Source of the DNA: Enoplolaimus lenunculus
Lineage: Eukaryota
NCBI GenBank assembly: GCA_030248215.1
Contig: JASANG010002092.1
Location: forward strand, 124,001 to 188,000
Direction of reading: 5' to 3'
DNA length: 64,000 bases
Position 1 is the stretch's first letter. The number at the start of each line of letters is the position of its first letter. Under the pieces are notes generated by a model. It was not told where the DNA came from, ran no database searches, and saw only the letters and a program-made list of their open reading frames with translations. A program made the position numbers and the translations under genes. This document shows, piece after piece, positions 16,018 through 30,600 of this stretch.

Positions 16018-19000
16018 ATGGATTACACCGAGCCGCTAAAAACTCAACTTGAAACTGTTGCTGAGTTTGAACAATTTGAACCAACTCCACCAGTAAAAGA
16101 AGCACCGAGATTAGGCTTTTATTCAGCGTTACGTGCTACATTGGCCGCGGTTTGTGCAGTTTTAGCGATTTGTGCAATTATTTGTTTCGGTCTGGCGGCT
16201 CAAAATTATCACCAGGTAAGTATATATACTCATTGAACAATACCAGATATCCGTTGAGTTGATATTTGTGTACTTGCGTTCACGAAAGTACCTACACTCT
16301 CATACAAAAGGCTAGATTACTTAACTTTTAGTCTAAAACACTGAACCTAAGCGTTTGCTTAGGAATAAAACTATAATAAATGAATATGGGTGAAAACTTT
16401 TTTCCTTCTTTCGAATTAAGTATTTTGAGAGTTGTAATTTTGTAACGCTATTGCCATACCTAGTTGTATAAGCTTGGCCGAAAAGCCTAAAATTTTGGCT
16501 TGTTTCTTAATGGCCTTGACATAGAATTAATTATACGTGCAATACACTTAATAGCTACGCCCTAAACACCAATGTTTCAAAAATAGAATATCCATTTGAA
16601 AAACTCCGCTGATATGACGGTTGAGAGCTCGAAAGCAAACTTGTACCAATTTGTCTTTTAGCGCCTTTTCTAAATGGGGCAGACAGTTCCGGTATTAACC
16701 TCGCGGATACTTTTATGTCATAAACCGTAAAATGCAAAAATTGACGACTTCTAAGGCTCTGATTTATTGTGCATGTGAATTGGATAGAAAAATCTCTTAT
16801 CTCTTCTGTAAGGAATTTTGAAAGTAAAATAGAGATAGATTAAGCGTATTCCTAAGCCTAAGCCTAAGCCTAAGCGTTGCAAAACTGAGTTCCTAAGCCT
16901 AAGCCTCAGCCTAAAGCAAACAATGTAATCTAAAATCTAACCCGACTCATTTATAGACCCACCAGAAACCTGGACTCCCCTTAAAGTAACATGGGCCGGA
17001 TACAGAGTATTGCATTTTTTAGCTGAAATCAATCTACGAAACAGACTCGCTAACTGCTGGCCGGCTGGTGCTTGCATCATATAACCGCGACCTGATTCCG
17101 TTATACGCTTTGATGGCAGTATCTCTTGTGTTATTTTTCACTAATTTTTGTGGTTGGTGTGGAGCGTTAAGTCAAGATCAAACAATGCTTGGCTGTTTTG
17201 CGTTTTCGCTGCTTTGGATTCTGATCGCGATCATCACGTCAGCGGCGCTATACGGTGTTTATTTTTCAACGGTATGTTGTATGCCCGTATTTTAAGTTAC
17301 TTGTTTATTAATTTAGTGCACATTTAGCGTTAAATTTGACAGTTGGGGTCCATGTAAAGATCAGGAATAGAACGTTGTTCTGTGGGACCGATTGACCAAT
17401 CAAATTGTAGGTGCAAAAAATGAAAGCGACTTGCAACTATGTTTTACAGGTGCGAATTAAATTCAATAGCATGAATTCGAGTAAATAATTTGCAGCTGCA
17501 AAAACTTCAAAGCTGCTTTGTGACCAAACTTGCACATACAAGTGGCACGTGCAAGATTCCACTGCAAAAACTTACTCGTGCGAATGGGGCTTAAAACTTA
17601 TAGTGATGCTCAATAATGTATTGCTGAAGAATGTATTAAAACATACCCTTACGTAGCTGTTAATCTCAAAGGCCATAGAGATAAACGGGTTCTTGTATTG
17701 ATTATTTTTCTGCAAATAAACGATGTTTTCAAAATCGCATCTGTATCATACGCAAGACAAACAAATTGCAATATTCACAATTCGTTTGCAACAAAAATCA
17801 CTCTTCAAAGGTTCAATAATATAGGATAGTTGCTTAATAAATTAAACATTTCGTGCGCAGTGTCGAAAACAATGCGAACTGGCGCGAATTGCGTATTTGG
17901 GATATCTAGCGTCCGCACCCGTACACACAAAAAATTGTCTTATAATTTCAAGACTCTTGCTTTCTTACATTTTCGAGACAAAAAATGTTTAAAATTTCAG
18001 ACATCAATAGTCTGAGACAGCTCCGAAATTCGTGTATGAATAGATTGGAACATAAAATTTCCAAAATTCAAGACATTAATATCATGGTCAATTTATGACA
18101 CAATTGTTTTCATTTCAAGAAATATTTGTCATATTAACATCTTCTCACGTAGTTGACTATGGCTAACTCAGCATAGTGTATATACGTTAAATAATATATA
18201 TTATATATAGCACAGTTTAACAATTGCAAATCGTATACATAGTACTAAATTACCACAAGACGTGAGAGCCCTCTTGGGCTCGAGCGTCCAGCTCCTACAG
18301 CTGAGCGGTGACGGTAAACGCCTTTCATGGAGTTCGAATCCTAGCATAAAAGTAGGTCTCAGATGAAATAGGAAATATTCATGTGATAAAGTGTTAAATA
18401 ACTACTTTTTTTATAGAAGCTTAAACCTAAGGCTAAACCTAAGCCCGAAATTTCGAAAACTCTACAGATGTGTACGAATGGGTATAAGAACCAATTTATC
18501 ACTTGTGAATATTTAAATACAGAATACTACTTTTAGTTGTATAAGTGCTGCTGTTTAGTATTAATTTATTGAAGGTTAGTCCCGAGGTACACGAAGTGAC
18601 AAGACGATATTTGACGGAATTTTACCAAACTGCTCACGTCCACACTATGACTGATTATATTAGTAAGTTAAACGATCCCTTGAATCTAATAAAAACTCAG
18701 TTTAGTTTGATAGCTAATAGGAGGAAAGATGTTGTATAGAGTGTACAGGCTTTCAAAGGCCCATTATACTACCGTCTCTTGTCTGATATCCTTGTGCTGC
18801 AGAACAGACATAAAGTTCTTGTTTGGATTCTACCAAAAATGAATAATTTTTCTAATATTTAACTGCGAAGCCCTATTCTGTTGAAAAAACCGTAACGACA
18901 AAGTCTTTCCCTCGTAAAACTGCATGTTTGTTGCAACTCAAGAGTAAGTGACTTCCTGTGTCTGACCCTCAACGGCCCGGCAAAATTTTCACCTTAATCA

Positions 19001-22000
19001 GCCCAACGGTCTACATATGTAGACAACACAACTAGCGTTAGTTTTGGCTTATCTCAGGGTGCTCTCCTCCTTTAACTGGCTTGAGACAGTCAGAACTAGT
19101 GTTCTGGCGGAGTTCCACCCGCTCCCCGTCCAGCCTCCCACTGCGGGCGCGTTGTCCAGTTAAGCACAGTCGTTGCACGTTATGGTGCGATTCATGTGGT
19201 CCTTGCACACTTGTTTTCCACATGACGAACAGCTCAATCTCGTAGATTTGCGACAACTTGTGACCTGACATTTGGTCGGTTTACCAGATGTAGAAGGTTC
19301 GTTTCGCTTTTGAGGCAGCCCGTAAGCCATAAATGAATCCTTTGATTTTGCGTAAATTTTTTCACTACTGTAACGTTTGGTCATATTGTCTTGCGCTAGT
19401 TGTTCGGCTACTTTTTTCATGAAAACATTGCGTGACTTTGCCATTATTGTGCCTGTGCACTGGAGACATGTTATCGCGATCTGCACCAGCTCTGATTACC
19501 ACCCGAAGCCAAGCTTTCAGCTCACACATTGGTAGCGTTGAAAAATTGCGCGCCCGCAGTCGCCTACTAGTGAGTCGCTGAATTGTATGTAAAATGGGCT
19601 CGTTTATATAAAGATAAAATGCTTGTGACTCTGTTGTAGGGTTTACTGCAGTGCCTTCGCGAAAGCGAATTATATTTCTAGCTAACACACGGACAGGCGG
19701 TGTTGTAGAATGCAACTCAACACCCGTCGCTGACAAAAACACATTACTTCCACTAGAAGTCTCGTCCATATCGCTCAACTCACTACTAGATGCGTCCGAT
19801 TGTTTTTGTAATTCACCATCACTATCTTGCTCATAAATAGCAGCCTCTTCACTACTGCATTGACCTAACTCAACTGATTCTGAGTCGTCATTTGAACTAT
19901 TGTCGTCCGGTTTGTCATCTTCTGTCTCTGAATCACTTGGTTCTAATACACGTCGTACGACCTCAGTCAAGGATAATTTATGCAAACCTGACATTTCCCT
20001 GACTTTACCTCACCATACAAAACCGTGTGTAAGAACAAAACGTTCCAATTCTTGTCAAAACTCAAACTATGATCAAATCAACATCTGTCTACATATGTAG
20101 ACGGTCGGGTTATATAGGTATATGACTCACTGTACAGCAAACTTTTGTTCCCACAATGCTATAAGTTTTTTATACTACTATAACAGAATAATTATCGATG
20201 GAAATTAAACAATAGATTCTTAACTATAGCACCTGCCGAACAATCAATTGCCGAACTGGTTATGTCTACATATGTAGACTGGCGGGCCATTGAGGGTTAA
20301 CGAAAACGAACAGTCATTTGTTACTGGTAATTTAAGATTGTGCAAATGATAATTCAGTTTAATTCTGAAAGACTTAATTCAGAACTGAGGCTTATGAGTG
20401 GATTCAACTCATTCTGAGTTAAAATTAACTCACAGGAATTTACAGTGTACGATATTGGCCTCTCCACATGGTACCACCTTTTATTTGGTTACGAACTGTT
20501 ATTTATTTTTAACCCCCCCTCCGCCCGCCCCCTCGTTACTGACATATATCCGGTGTTGACACTATCCGTTAAATTAAACGTTTATTGGTCTTGAATCGAA
20601 AGCTTGAGCCACAATGCACATTATACTCAGGAATGTGCCTTCAATACTTAAGTATGCTTTAAAGTTTCGGACTGAAGTTTATTTGGGCCTGGGGACATTT
20701 ATGCGCTACAATTAGGGGTAATTAACATTTATGGTCTCTAATTAGGATTTAGGGAGTCTATCCGCTTACGGACTGTTATTAGGGATACGGATTAAGGTAT
20801 TTTAAGCAGAAGTTTTTGCAGAGTAGTTTTCCCCAACATTGAATAGCATTAAGCCAAAACCAAACTGAAAAGTTTAAGTGTAAAATTGTCATTTACCATT
20901 TACTAATGGGTCTGAATAGCAGTTGTCGCTGTGACATCCTTTATTTTTAGTTGATATGGCTCAACAAGGCGGGTGCTGTGGCTACAATGTTGCAAATACA
21001 ACACAGTCGCCCAGCGGCGTGTACTCTATCATTTTGTTTTGGACTGAATCAACTCAATGGGGTGCAAGAAGGGTAAATTAAAAAATGATCAATTTTGTTA
21101 TACTAAAATTCCAGTGAGTTGATTTTAACTGAGAATGAGTTGAATCCCTTAGTCTAGAGTTAGACTATCAGCACTGAGTTGATTAAACTCATTCTGATTT
21201 AATTAATTAACTTCCTCTGAATCAATTTAACTCAGAGTGAGAATCAATGTAACCCAGAGCGAATTAAAGTTTACTGTTTTTAACTCAGAACTAAAACTTT
21301 CCGTCTGAGTTGATGAACTCATTACAGTGTAGGTTCAACAAAAAGATTGAAATAGTTTAATAAATAGTTAACATCCTAGCCGCTGCTAGAGTTGGTAGTA
21401 CCTGTGCAGCAAATACGATAACCTGATAAAGAAGGCGAGACAGTATAAATTCGCTTTATAGATTATATATTTTAAATTTGTTAAAACTGGTACATAATTT
21501 TAGTTTCTCATGTAATGATTTAGAATTTTTTCAGATGTTTCGTAAATTTCGGCACTGACTGTGAAATTTTATATATTTTTTATAACACTTTTAAAAACAA
21601 AAATTTTTGACAACGCTTTATAGATGTTGCTAAAATTAACAAATTAAACCATGTTTATATAAATTACCTAAACGCGTGTCACCTTTGGCTATTAAGGCTT
21701 CGGCAATTTTTGCTGACCGTAGGTTCCGGAATTTTTCTACCGGTAATTGCACCCTAATATCGTAGTGACCCAAATAACAGGGTGTGGGGTAATAAGAGGG
21801 GGTCCCGATTTTGAGTTCCAACAAACAGAAGTCTGTATCCCTAATCAGAGTCCGTAAAAGTATATGTACTTACCCTTTATTATGGTTTCGAAATTCTCAT
21901 ATTTCGGCAGAACTTTAAACTTTAGGCTTCGGATTGAATTTTAAGCTTAACATTAACTTTTTTCAGCATTTTGGCAAAAATGATGATGATGTTGTCGAGT

Positions 22001-23014
22001 TGGTTCCAGCATCATGTTGCAGAATTTCAAACAAGTGCCAACGATTAGAACGATATGGATACCGTTATAAATGGACATCAGGTCTGGTTTAGGCATGCAC
22101 GAAATTTTCTATATGTGTACACTGCAAAAAATGTCGAGTCAAATTGACTCTCTCCGTCCGAAATGCACTTTTCCGGTCTACACAAACTGAGTGAAATCTA
22201 TTTCGAAGAGAGTCAATTAGACTGACACGCACCATTTTTTGCAGTGTAGCCTGGAAGGGGAAATGTAAAGAACAGGGGCGGAACAGTATTATAAGCATAT
22301 TCCTAAGCCTAAGCCTAAGGCAGTGTAGCCTGGAAGGTCAAATGTAAAGAACAGGGGCGGAACAGTATTATAAGCATATCCCTAATCCTAAGCCTATGCC
22401 GCCTAAGCGTAAGAATGAGCATATTCCTTAGCCTAAGCCTAGCTTAGTCAAGCAAAAAATAGTCTAAAGCTTACGCTTACTCTATTGCAGTCCACAGGGC
22501 CCCTGGAAGGAAGCAATCCGTGTTGTAGATAACAGTGCTTCCTGCTATAACCGGATGATTTGTAATTTTATGTTTTTGAAAATACAATTTTAACATTCGA
22601 TTTATAACGATATATATGCAGTTAGCATGACAGAGGTGCCGCAGTCAGAATTTCGAAAATGGGATTTACAAGCGGGGCATTTCATATCTTAAGAACTGAA
22701 ACCGCGTCTAAAAACGCCAGATAAAAAAAATTCCCAACGGGGTTTTGGCATCTGAGCTCCACCGGCTAAGCCACTGGTACTCAACAATAAAAACACAAAA
22801 GAACTGAAATATTCCAAAGCTATTTTTAGAAAAGGAATCTAAATGGAAAGAAATGATATTCACACGAAGTTGCGCTGGCCGGCTGGCAGAACTATTAATG
22901 AAAACAAACGGAACCAAAATAATGGGAATTTGCGTAGCGTTACTGGTGTTTGTTGTTGCTGCAATAATCATATCAATTGTCCTAACGTTCGCAACCAAAG
23001 CAGACAACAGCTGA
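16018..23014 (+). CDS. Tetraspanin-family membrane protein, ~318 aa, 6 exons
   Basis: Exons 16018-16215, 17023-17271, 18575-18662, 20951-21072, 21967-22081, 22830-23014 (957 nt, in frame). Four hydrophobic segments, GWCGA after TM2, and a large extracellular loop with CCG, PASCC and two further Cys. Confidence 0.88.
18966..20296 (-). mobile_element. Internally deleted piggyBac element in tetraspanin intron 3
   Basis: TIR CCCTCAACGGCCCG (18966) vs CCCTCAATGGCCCG (reverse complement of 20283-20296). TTAA on the right, degenerate CTGA on the left. ORF 19994-19365 gives an acidic N-terminus plus the start of the transposase core (F.LYINEPIL...ELKAWL.VVIRAG). ORF 19486-19160 gives the C-terminal Cys-rich domain (CQVTSC...CSSCGKQVCKDH...C..C). 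The catalytic core is absent. Confidence 0.88.
22120..22246. mobile_element. Small MITE with TA target duplication
   Basis: TIR CACTGCAAAAAATG / CATTTTTTGCAGTG flanked by TA on both sides. Confidence 0.75.
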
Positions 23015-24645
23015 GAAAACGTATGGAATACCAAGTGACCAGAAAAACAAGAGGGCAAATATATAAAAAATACCAATTTTAAATCCTAACAGAGTCCGTA
23101 TTTCAAATTAGAATCCGGTTAGTGGATAGTGTCCGTAAACTTCTAATTATTCAGGGTGCCCCCAGATATCCGTTTTCGATAAAAAACTGGTCTCCGTTTC
23201 CGTTATTGAATTACTGAAAGTTTTGTTAAATTTGTACTCAAATTTTAGCTAAAAATCATGTAATTTTTTATTACAAATTAATGTGCTTCAATTGTTCGAT
23301 ATGAGAAGTAAGATGCGAAATTCATACAAAATCTGAAAAATTTCGGTGCATCCCCTATTTTTTCTTTAACATTTTAGAAAGCCAAGTGAATGTTTGCATG
23401 CCTCAATAATGTTGGCAGGAATATTAAACGCCTTTGAAACTTTGGCCCAGTTTACTTTAAGGGCCGTCCCGGTTTCTGGTGGTCTGTAAGAGAGCACACT
23501 TACATTCTAGGCTACATTAATATTTTGCTTAGGCTTAGGAATACGCTCTACTGGCACGGCCCTAAAAGTACTAAATTTATTTGGACCTGGAGTCATTTAC
23601 GCACTAGGAATAACTGATTTTCATGGACTCTAATTAGGATTTAGAGACTATACCATTGATTGGGACTCAAAATAGACTCCACCCCCTCTTTATGCGGGTC
23701 ACTAGGGTACACTGAACAGGGTGTCACCGGATACCCGTTTGCGGTAAAAATCGGTATTTGCTTCCGTTGAAATATCGGAAATTCGGCTGTTTTTACTTTC
23801 AAAATTAGTTATAAATCACGTAAATATATCAGAATTTTTATTACAGATGACCTGTAATTGTCCGGACTGAAACAATAGGAGCTCAACACACGAAGCAAAC
23901 TTCTTTACTCAAAGATAAACCCTAATATATTACATCACAGCATAATTATGACAAAAAGTTGAAACGATATATCGGTAAAATCAGGGTATCGATATTCGAT
24001 AGCACTATTTTGATGTATATTCTCACACTGATTGACTTGAATATATAAGCGCGTAGCATCTAAGAAATGTACACTCATTAAGGGGTGGTTGCAAGTTTAG
24101 CGTGGAGTACATATGCGAGCTAATAATTGAGGACCTATAAAATTATTGTCATGGGATTTTTGGCTAAAATTACAAACTATTCTTGGAAATATGTTTTAAA
24201 TGAGAATTTGTACCTTAATATAGCACCACGGCTACAAAAAATGTTGAAACACTGGTTCGCTTGTTCATTGCATTTTGTTTCAACGGATGCTTTTTTATTG
24301 AAGCTTGTAAAACAGGGGCAAGGAACCGGACCTTAGGCCCCAGGACCACACCCTTTGGCAAATCAACTTAGAACCTCATACCATTTCATAAACGTTGTTC
24401 TGATGTAATATCTGACCTTATTATTAAGGCCTATGTTAAATATAATGGCCTGAGTACTAAGCAAAACATGCGTGAACCTAAGACACTTCCATGTCACCTA
24501 GGCACTCTGGTTTCCAGTGGGCTGCTAGCCACTTAATTAATCCGAGTCATTATTATCATCACACTGCTTAACACAATAAACCATGGTAGATTTACCGCTT
24601 ATTTATTACACAATAAAACGATATCACATTCTGTGCATTACAAAA

Positions 24646-27600
24646 TCAATCCATTTTACCGTCCTCGCTCTTTCTTTGCGATTTCCCAGCGTTTTCTGCA
24701 ACTAATGCTTCGCTCAATTCTGCCAAGCTCAATCCTGGCTGTTCCGTTTCTGGTTCTTTCACAACAGCATCCGTTTTATCATCTGGTACATTCTCATCAT
24801 CACTTTGAGGTGAACTACCCAAATAAAACCCGCCACTCACGTCCGTTGGCAATTCTGGAACTAGCAACTGATTTTCGATTACATCACCTTCATATCGTAC
24901 ACTTTGATCATCATCATGTCCTAGCTGATGCTCGTCTTTGTCTTGCTGCAATCCTAAGCTAACGAGTTCAGCAGACGTAACGTGTATCTGGTGTTTCTCT
25001 ATCACAGTTTCTTCAACAGATTCGGTTTTTGACAACTGTTCCACATCTGAAGTTTCTAACTCTTTGCCGCTTGAAAGTTTCTCAGTTGCTGGCTGCGAGT
25101 TTTCTTCAGGCATAGCAGTTGTGGCCGGTTTAACTTTTAGTATTGAACCTATATTTTGGGCGTTTATACGACCCAGATTTCTCTAAAAATTAACACATAA
25201 CCTTTCAAATAATTAATGTTCATAGAACAAAAAGCTGAAATAAATTACTTTAGTGGTGAAACCTGTATGTTTACTTTTAGAATTGAGTAATGCCTACAGC
25301 ACATCCACCACGCTTGTATTATTTGCAAACAAAATTAAACAGAAATCTAAAAAGTAACAACATGAGAGAGAATTTTTAATGAATAATTAGTATAATTTTA
25401 GCTATCAAATATTCTGTCTAGATATAATGTTTGTTTATTAATTGACAAAACTAAAACTTAGCGAACTTATTCTAATTTATAAAAGGTAAACTCAGTCGGA
25501 AACAGGTGGTATACATATTGTAAAACCTATCTTCATAGGATAGTAGTTTCAACAAACCAAAATATTTTAAATATTACAAAATCGAAATTACTAAATCTGC
25601 AGTTTGATCAACAGAACTAAAACCAAGCGATTGAAGCAATATAGTACGTGGATACAATTCGTCTAAACATCGATTCAAAAACGGTACCACAGTCAACACA
25701 AATACTTCTCGTACAGCATTGGCGGCAGGAGATCTAAAATAAATTAATAAACACATCAGATTACCTATTCTGTCGCATTCCTGAAAAAAATTGTTTCTGC
25801 TAATAATTAAGTAATATTTTATTAGTACAATGCTCATTCCTCAAATGTTTGCAGCTCCTGTCACCAGTTAGCGTAGGCCTAATGTTTACAAACTGTGGGA
25901 TATTTGGCTTCGAAATTTAGTAAATTTTTGCAATTGACTTTTAGCTCACTTCACACTTTTGTGCAAATTTTTATAATCCATAAGTACAGGAGTTCACAAG
26001 CCTGAAAATTATCACTTGATAAACTATATAACGGCTGTTGTTCAAAGACAATTCAAATTTCAATTTCCCGTGTACTGACTGTCATAACAGAAATATTACA
26101 GTGAAAATATGCCGAAACCAAAGTAGCAATACTTCAATAGCAATCTCTTTGCCTAATATTCCTCAATAAAACAAAATCTAAAAATCTAACCAAAGCGCAA
26201 ACTAAACCCTAACAATTCACGAAAAGTTTCCATCTATTTTCCCAAGAAGATGCACTATAACAAACTAGCTATAATTCAATGGCGTAACCTTTACCCTCTA
26301 AATCCCGCAACCAAACTAAAACAAAAAACCGAACCCCCTAAACCGAAACCGTAACTTACTCAAAATTCCCATTAACCTTGTCTGACAATGCACTTGCAAT
26401 ACATAACAACGATCCTTCGATCGACGCAGCAACTCGATGTGCAATTGGTATTGGAGCACAAAGGCGAAGTGTATTGAATGCATTAAGAATGCAATTGCAA
26501 TAGTAGGCAAACACCGGATACGACAGTAGAGTTGTCGGCGGACTAAGAGGATCACTTGACGTGGACTGTCAAAAATGAACTCTTATGCAATATCCCTAGA
26601 TAGTTAACGTAAACGCCTAGGCATTGGAAAATCACTTGATGTGGACTGTCAAAAAACTCGGCTTATATACACTTTCCATCCATAAAACTGATGTTTAGGC
26701 AAAGGCTAAGACTTAGGAAAATAGTTTGATTTGGACTATAAAAAAATTTGGCGTTCTTCCCGTTTTCCCTGCACAATTAAGGTTGATGCATAGACTTAGA
26801 CAAAGGTTTAAGCAAATACTCGGGATTAGAAATATATACACTTTTTCCTACTCCTAAGCCTAAACGTAAATACATTGGAAAAGTGATGCACAAGAGTCAA
26901 AAATTCAACTTAAAAATAGCAAAATCCAACTAGTACAGAAGCTAACTTAATTGTGCTTGTAAACAAATAACAACGGATTAAAGTGTTCCACGGTCAGGAA
27001 GATACGTTTCCAAAATTCAAACTGATCAAGATACAGTAACTAGCAGATTATGTGCCACAGCGATTGCTTTCCAAACTGCGACTCTGATTGAGATCACTGG
27101 TTCTTTGAGCGTAATCGTTGCAAACGCATTCTGAACTGTTAAAACGGGCATGCAACCATTACCTTCTACATAAATAAAGCAAATGAATCACAAGTACACT
27201 TACATTTTTTGACTCTTGCCCAGACGTTGCTGTGGACTGTTTTTCAATCAACTTGTCTACATCATCACAAGTACGTATGTAATGAACCGATCTGAAATAT
27301 TGCTAAAAAAATAAAAAGTAATGTTCAATTTGGTAAATTACCAATACAGATCCAATTAGACACGAAATACGGGCTACCGGCAAGCGGCAACCGGGTAGTG
27401 TAACACCTACATTTTTCCTTGTTAGCAGACGCAATGAAAATCGATCGCTACAAATTGTTGATTACAACAAAAATAAGTTCGCAACTGAACGAATCAGCAA
27501 GAGTGCTGTACAAAGTCAAGTCTTCCGCAGCTAGAACAAACCACAGTCCGCCTTATAATTTCGGAATACAATAACTTATTCTTATACAAAGTATCCAAAA

Positions 27601-30600
27601 ACTACCACGACGCGAATCCTTTAAGATCACTTCGTACCTTTCCAATCCACGCTTTATATGAAGTTCAAATTGCGTTAGAGCAGCGCGATGAAACAACGGT
27701 GCAACAAGACCGCGAAAATCAGCCCCAATTCGACCAAAGGACAATCCAAAATACATTGTTTGCGCCAATAGTGAATCAAGCCGTCCTTCGACATCTCGAT
27801 TGAGACCGGCTTCGAGTTGTCCGATAAACCAATCAATCTGTAATATATTGTGAATCGACAAGGCATAATCACATTAGTTTGACTATTAAAATTATACACA
27901 GATAGTAACTAACCTTCAATAGTTGAATTTTAATACTGTGTCGATTCTACATCGGTTTAGAGCGATTCATTAAAACGCAACAGCTGTGGGTTTGCTTCTG
28001 AGAGGACAGCTGCTCATATAAAACTCCTCCAAACTCTATTTGTCCCCCCTCCACCAGTTTACTCCCCCACTAAGCCTTAAAAACATGTTTTGCTCGCTTA
28101 ATACGCTTTTGTTCCAGTTATAATGCAATGTACGTGCGTATAAAATGCGATTATGTATTATATGTGAGTGATACGGCCAGGCTAAACAAAATTTCCATTA
28201 ACTCAGGATTTTCCCAGTTGCGACCGGGGTGTTGAAGGTACCCTTGGCCGAGACCCGGCGGATGCCCGAAATGATACTTTCCCTCAGAAAACACTGCTTA
28301 AAAAGACGTCTAAATAAAAAATTTAGTGTTACACGATGCTCGCACGTAACTGCGGAAAACTTTAAACTCTGAAATGACACAAAAACAATATAAACGTAGT
28401 TTGTTTGCCATATTACTCACCTGTTTATAAAGCCAACTTTGAAATATTCCGGCGGTATTTGCTACTTGAGGTTCGCGGATACTGACCACTAACGGCTCGT
28501 CATCAGTGAATACTGCACGATACTGCGTAACAATATCAAACAAATGAGTTCGTGATGCTTCAATTAGTTTGATCAAGTGTTGATAAGCTGCAAACAAAAC
28601 AAAAATTGATCAACAGCTACAATTTGCATGGCACAATCGTCAGTTACATTTCAGAAGTTTTGTGGCATTTCGTCGTTACTGGAAAATACAAACCGTTCTA
28701 TTGTGAGTTTGCGTTTGTTAAACTCAAATAAATCTTTCTCACCGCAACTGCAAATCAACCAAAAGACTGTTGTCGCAGGGGAGATATCCATTCCGATAGC
28801 ATACAATTATGACATATCTATATTCGAGCATTTTTGCTATAATTCAAGCTATGCTATGAGTTATTGATGCAATTATCAAACACGGAAAGCTGACCTCAAA
28901 TTTAATTAATTACCTTATTGCTCTACACTGCATGCCAATTTTAACGCGTGTCGCACCCCTAAAACGTGAAATTGTATTCAAAAATACTAAACTTACGTTC
29001 ATCATCAGGAATGTTTGAAATTTGCGTTTGAAACCATGAATCACGAGCCTAAAATATTTGACAACTGACACAATTTAGGCGGTTGCTCATAACTTCTGAA
29101 AACGACACAACACTAAATAAAAAAAGGATTTGTGATCTTTTAAAAACAAAACCCTAAAAATACAAGTATCACGGTCGCACTTAGAACTTCGCCCTTATGG
29201 GAAATGCGTCCTTGAAGTCGTTAGGACCCTACAACTTTCATCATTTTTTTCTGCGTTTCCAGGTAAATCAGAAACAAATTGTCGTTCTCAAGCCCGACAA
29301 CATAGTGTTTTAAAACAGAGATGTGCCGATTGGTAATATCAGCAGTTTTCGCGAATATCGGCGTCGACATAGGCACTGCAAAAAATGCCATTTCTCTGCC
29401 GGTATTTTACGACTTTTTGCACTAAACACCTAGCAGTGAGTGGTATTGCTATCAATTCACACGGTAACGTATATCAGTACGTCTGATCACGAAACTGTTG
29501 TTTCTTGCGTTTGTATTTGAAAATATTAATTGAAATGAACACTTCCCATAAATTATACCAGTTTGTAGTTTATCAGAATTAAGTCTTTGCGCTTACAACG
29601 ATGTAATGTTGTAATGCTATATTATATAAGCAACGTGTATTAAAACTGCAATAAGCATCGGTTCGGCATCACCAAAATATAAAAATAATAGGCATATGCA
29701 CTAATTTAGATACCGACACTTCACTACTTTAAATTTTTATTGCTTACCTGCAAAAATACTATCCTCAGTTCAACATCAGAAAACACAGCGAGTCGACGTA
29801 GGTACGACAACACTTTCAAGGCGTTAGGCAATGTCAAATTTCCGCGAAGCTGTTCCAACAGATTTGAACATAAACTCGATCGGAGTTCAAGCACTTCTTT
29901 TGCAATCGTCTTAACAATATAAAAAAATAATTGCGTCTATTATATAAAGTATACAAAGCCTATCGACATGTACAAGTTTTTGCAACGAAAACTTGCAGTT
30001 GCAACGCGAATGCGCAAGTTTTGCGTGAAAACCGTTTAATTTAACAAAACTTGCAGCTGAATGTTCTAGATCTTAATACATGAACCTACAAAATGTTATT
30101 ACCTTTTCTCAAAGCAAAAACATGCACGCGCGAATAGGTGTAATACTAATATAATTATTTCAAAGCATGAAACATCTATCTTATATCTATGATTGCCGTT
30201 GGAAAACTGAAGCCACGGTAACACTGCATACTTTCAACGAAAACATTTCGCGTTGGAAGTCCCTGTTCCGAAACAGTTGCTAAGAATTTCATTATTACAG
30301 TACCTCAATAATTGTAACATGGCCCAAACGTCGTTGTAGTTTTGTTACATACTGCGCCAGTTCAAGTGCTTCTTCGTAATATCCGCCTCGAACGCAAGTA
30401 TCCATAACCTGAACAAGAAGCTCTTCATCTAGTTCTATGAATTTGAAGTGGTGATATTAATGCAAAATGAGCACATCTGAGCACAATTTTCAAATCACTG
30501 ACTACAGTTTTATGTAGTATATTAAATTAACAGCATCAATTTTTAATGTAATATTGTTTCATTACCAGGGTACTACCGGAATTCCGATTCCGATTGTAAA

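Noticed and set aside
16850..16915. True telomere or telomerase RNA template
   Set aside because: Only a few GCCTAA units, embedded in a multi-copy MITE; no evidence of a unique structured RNA.
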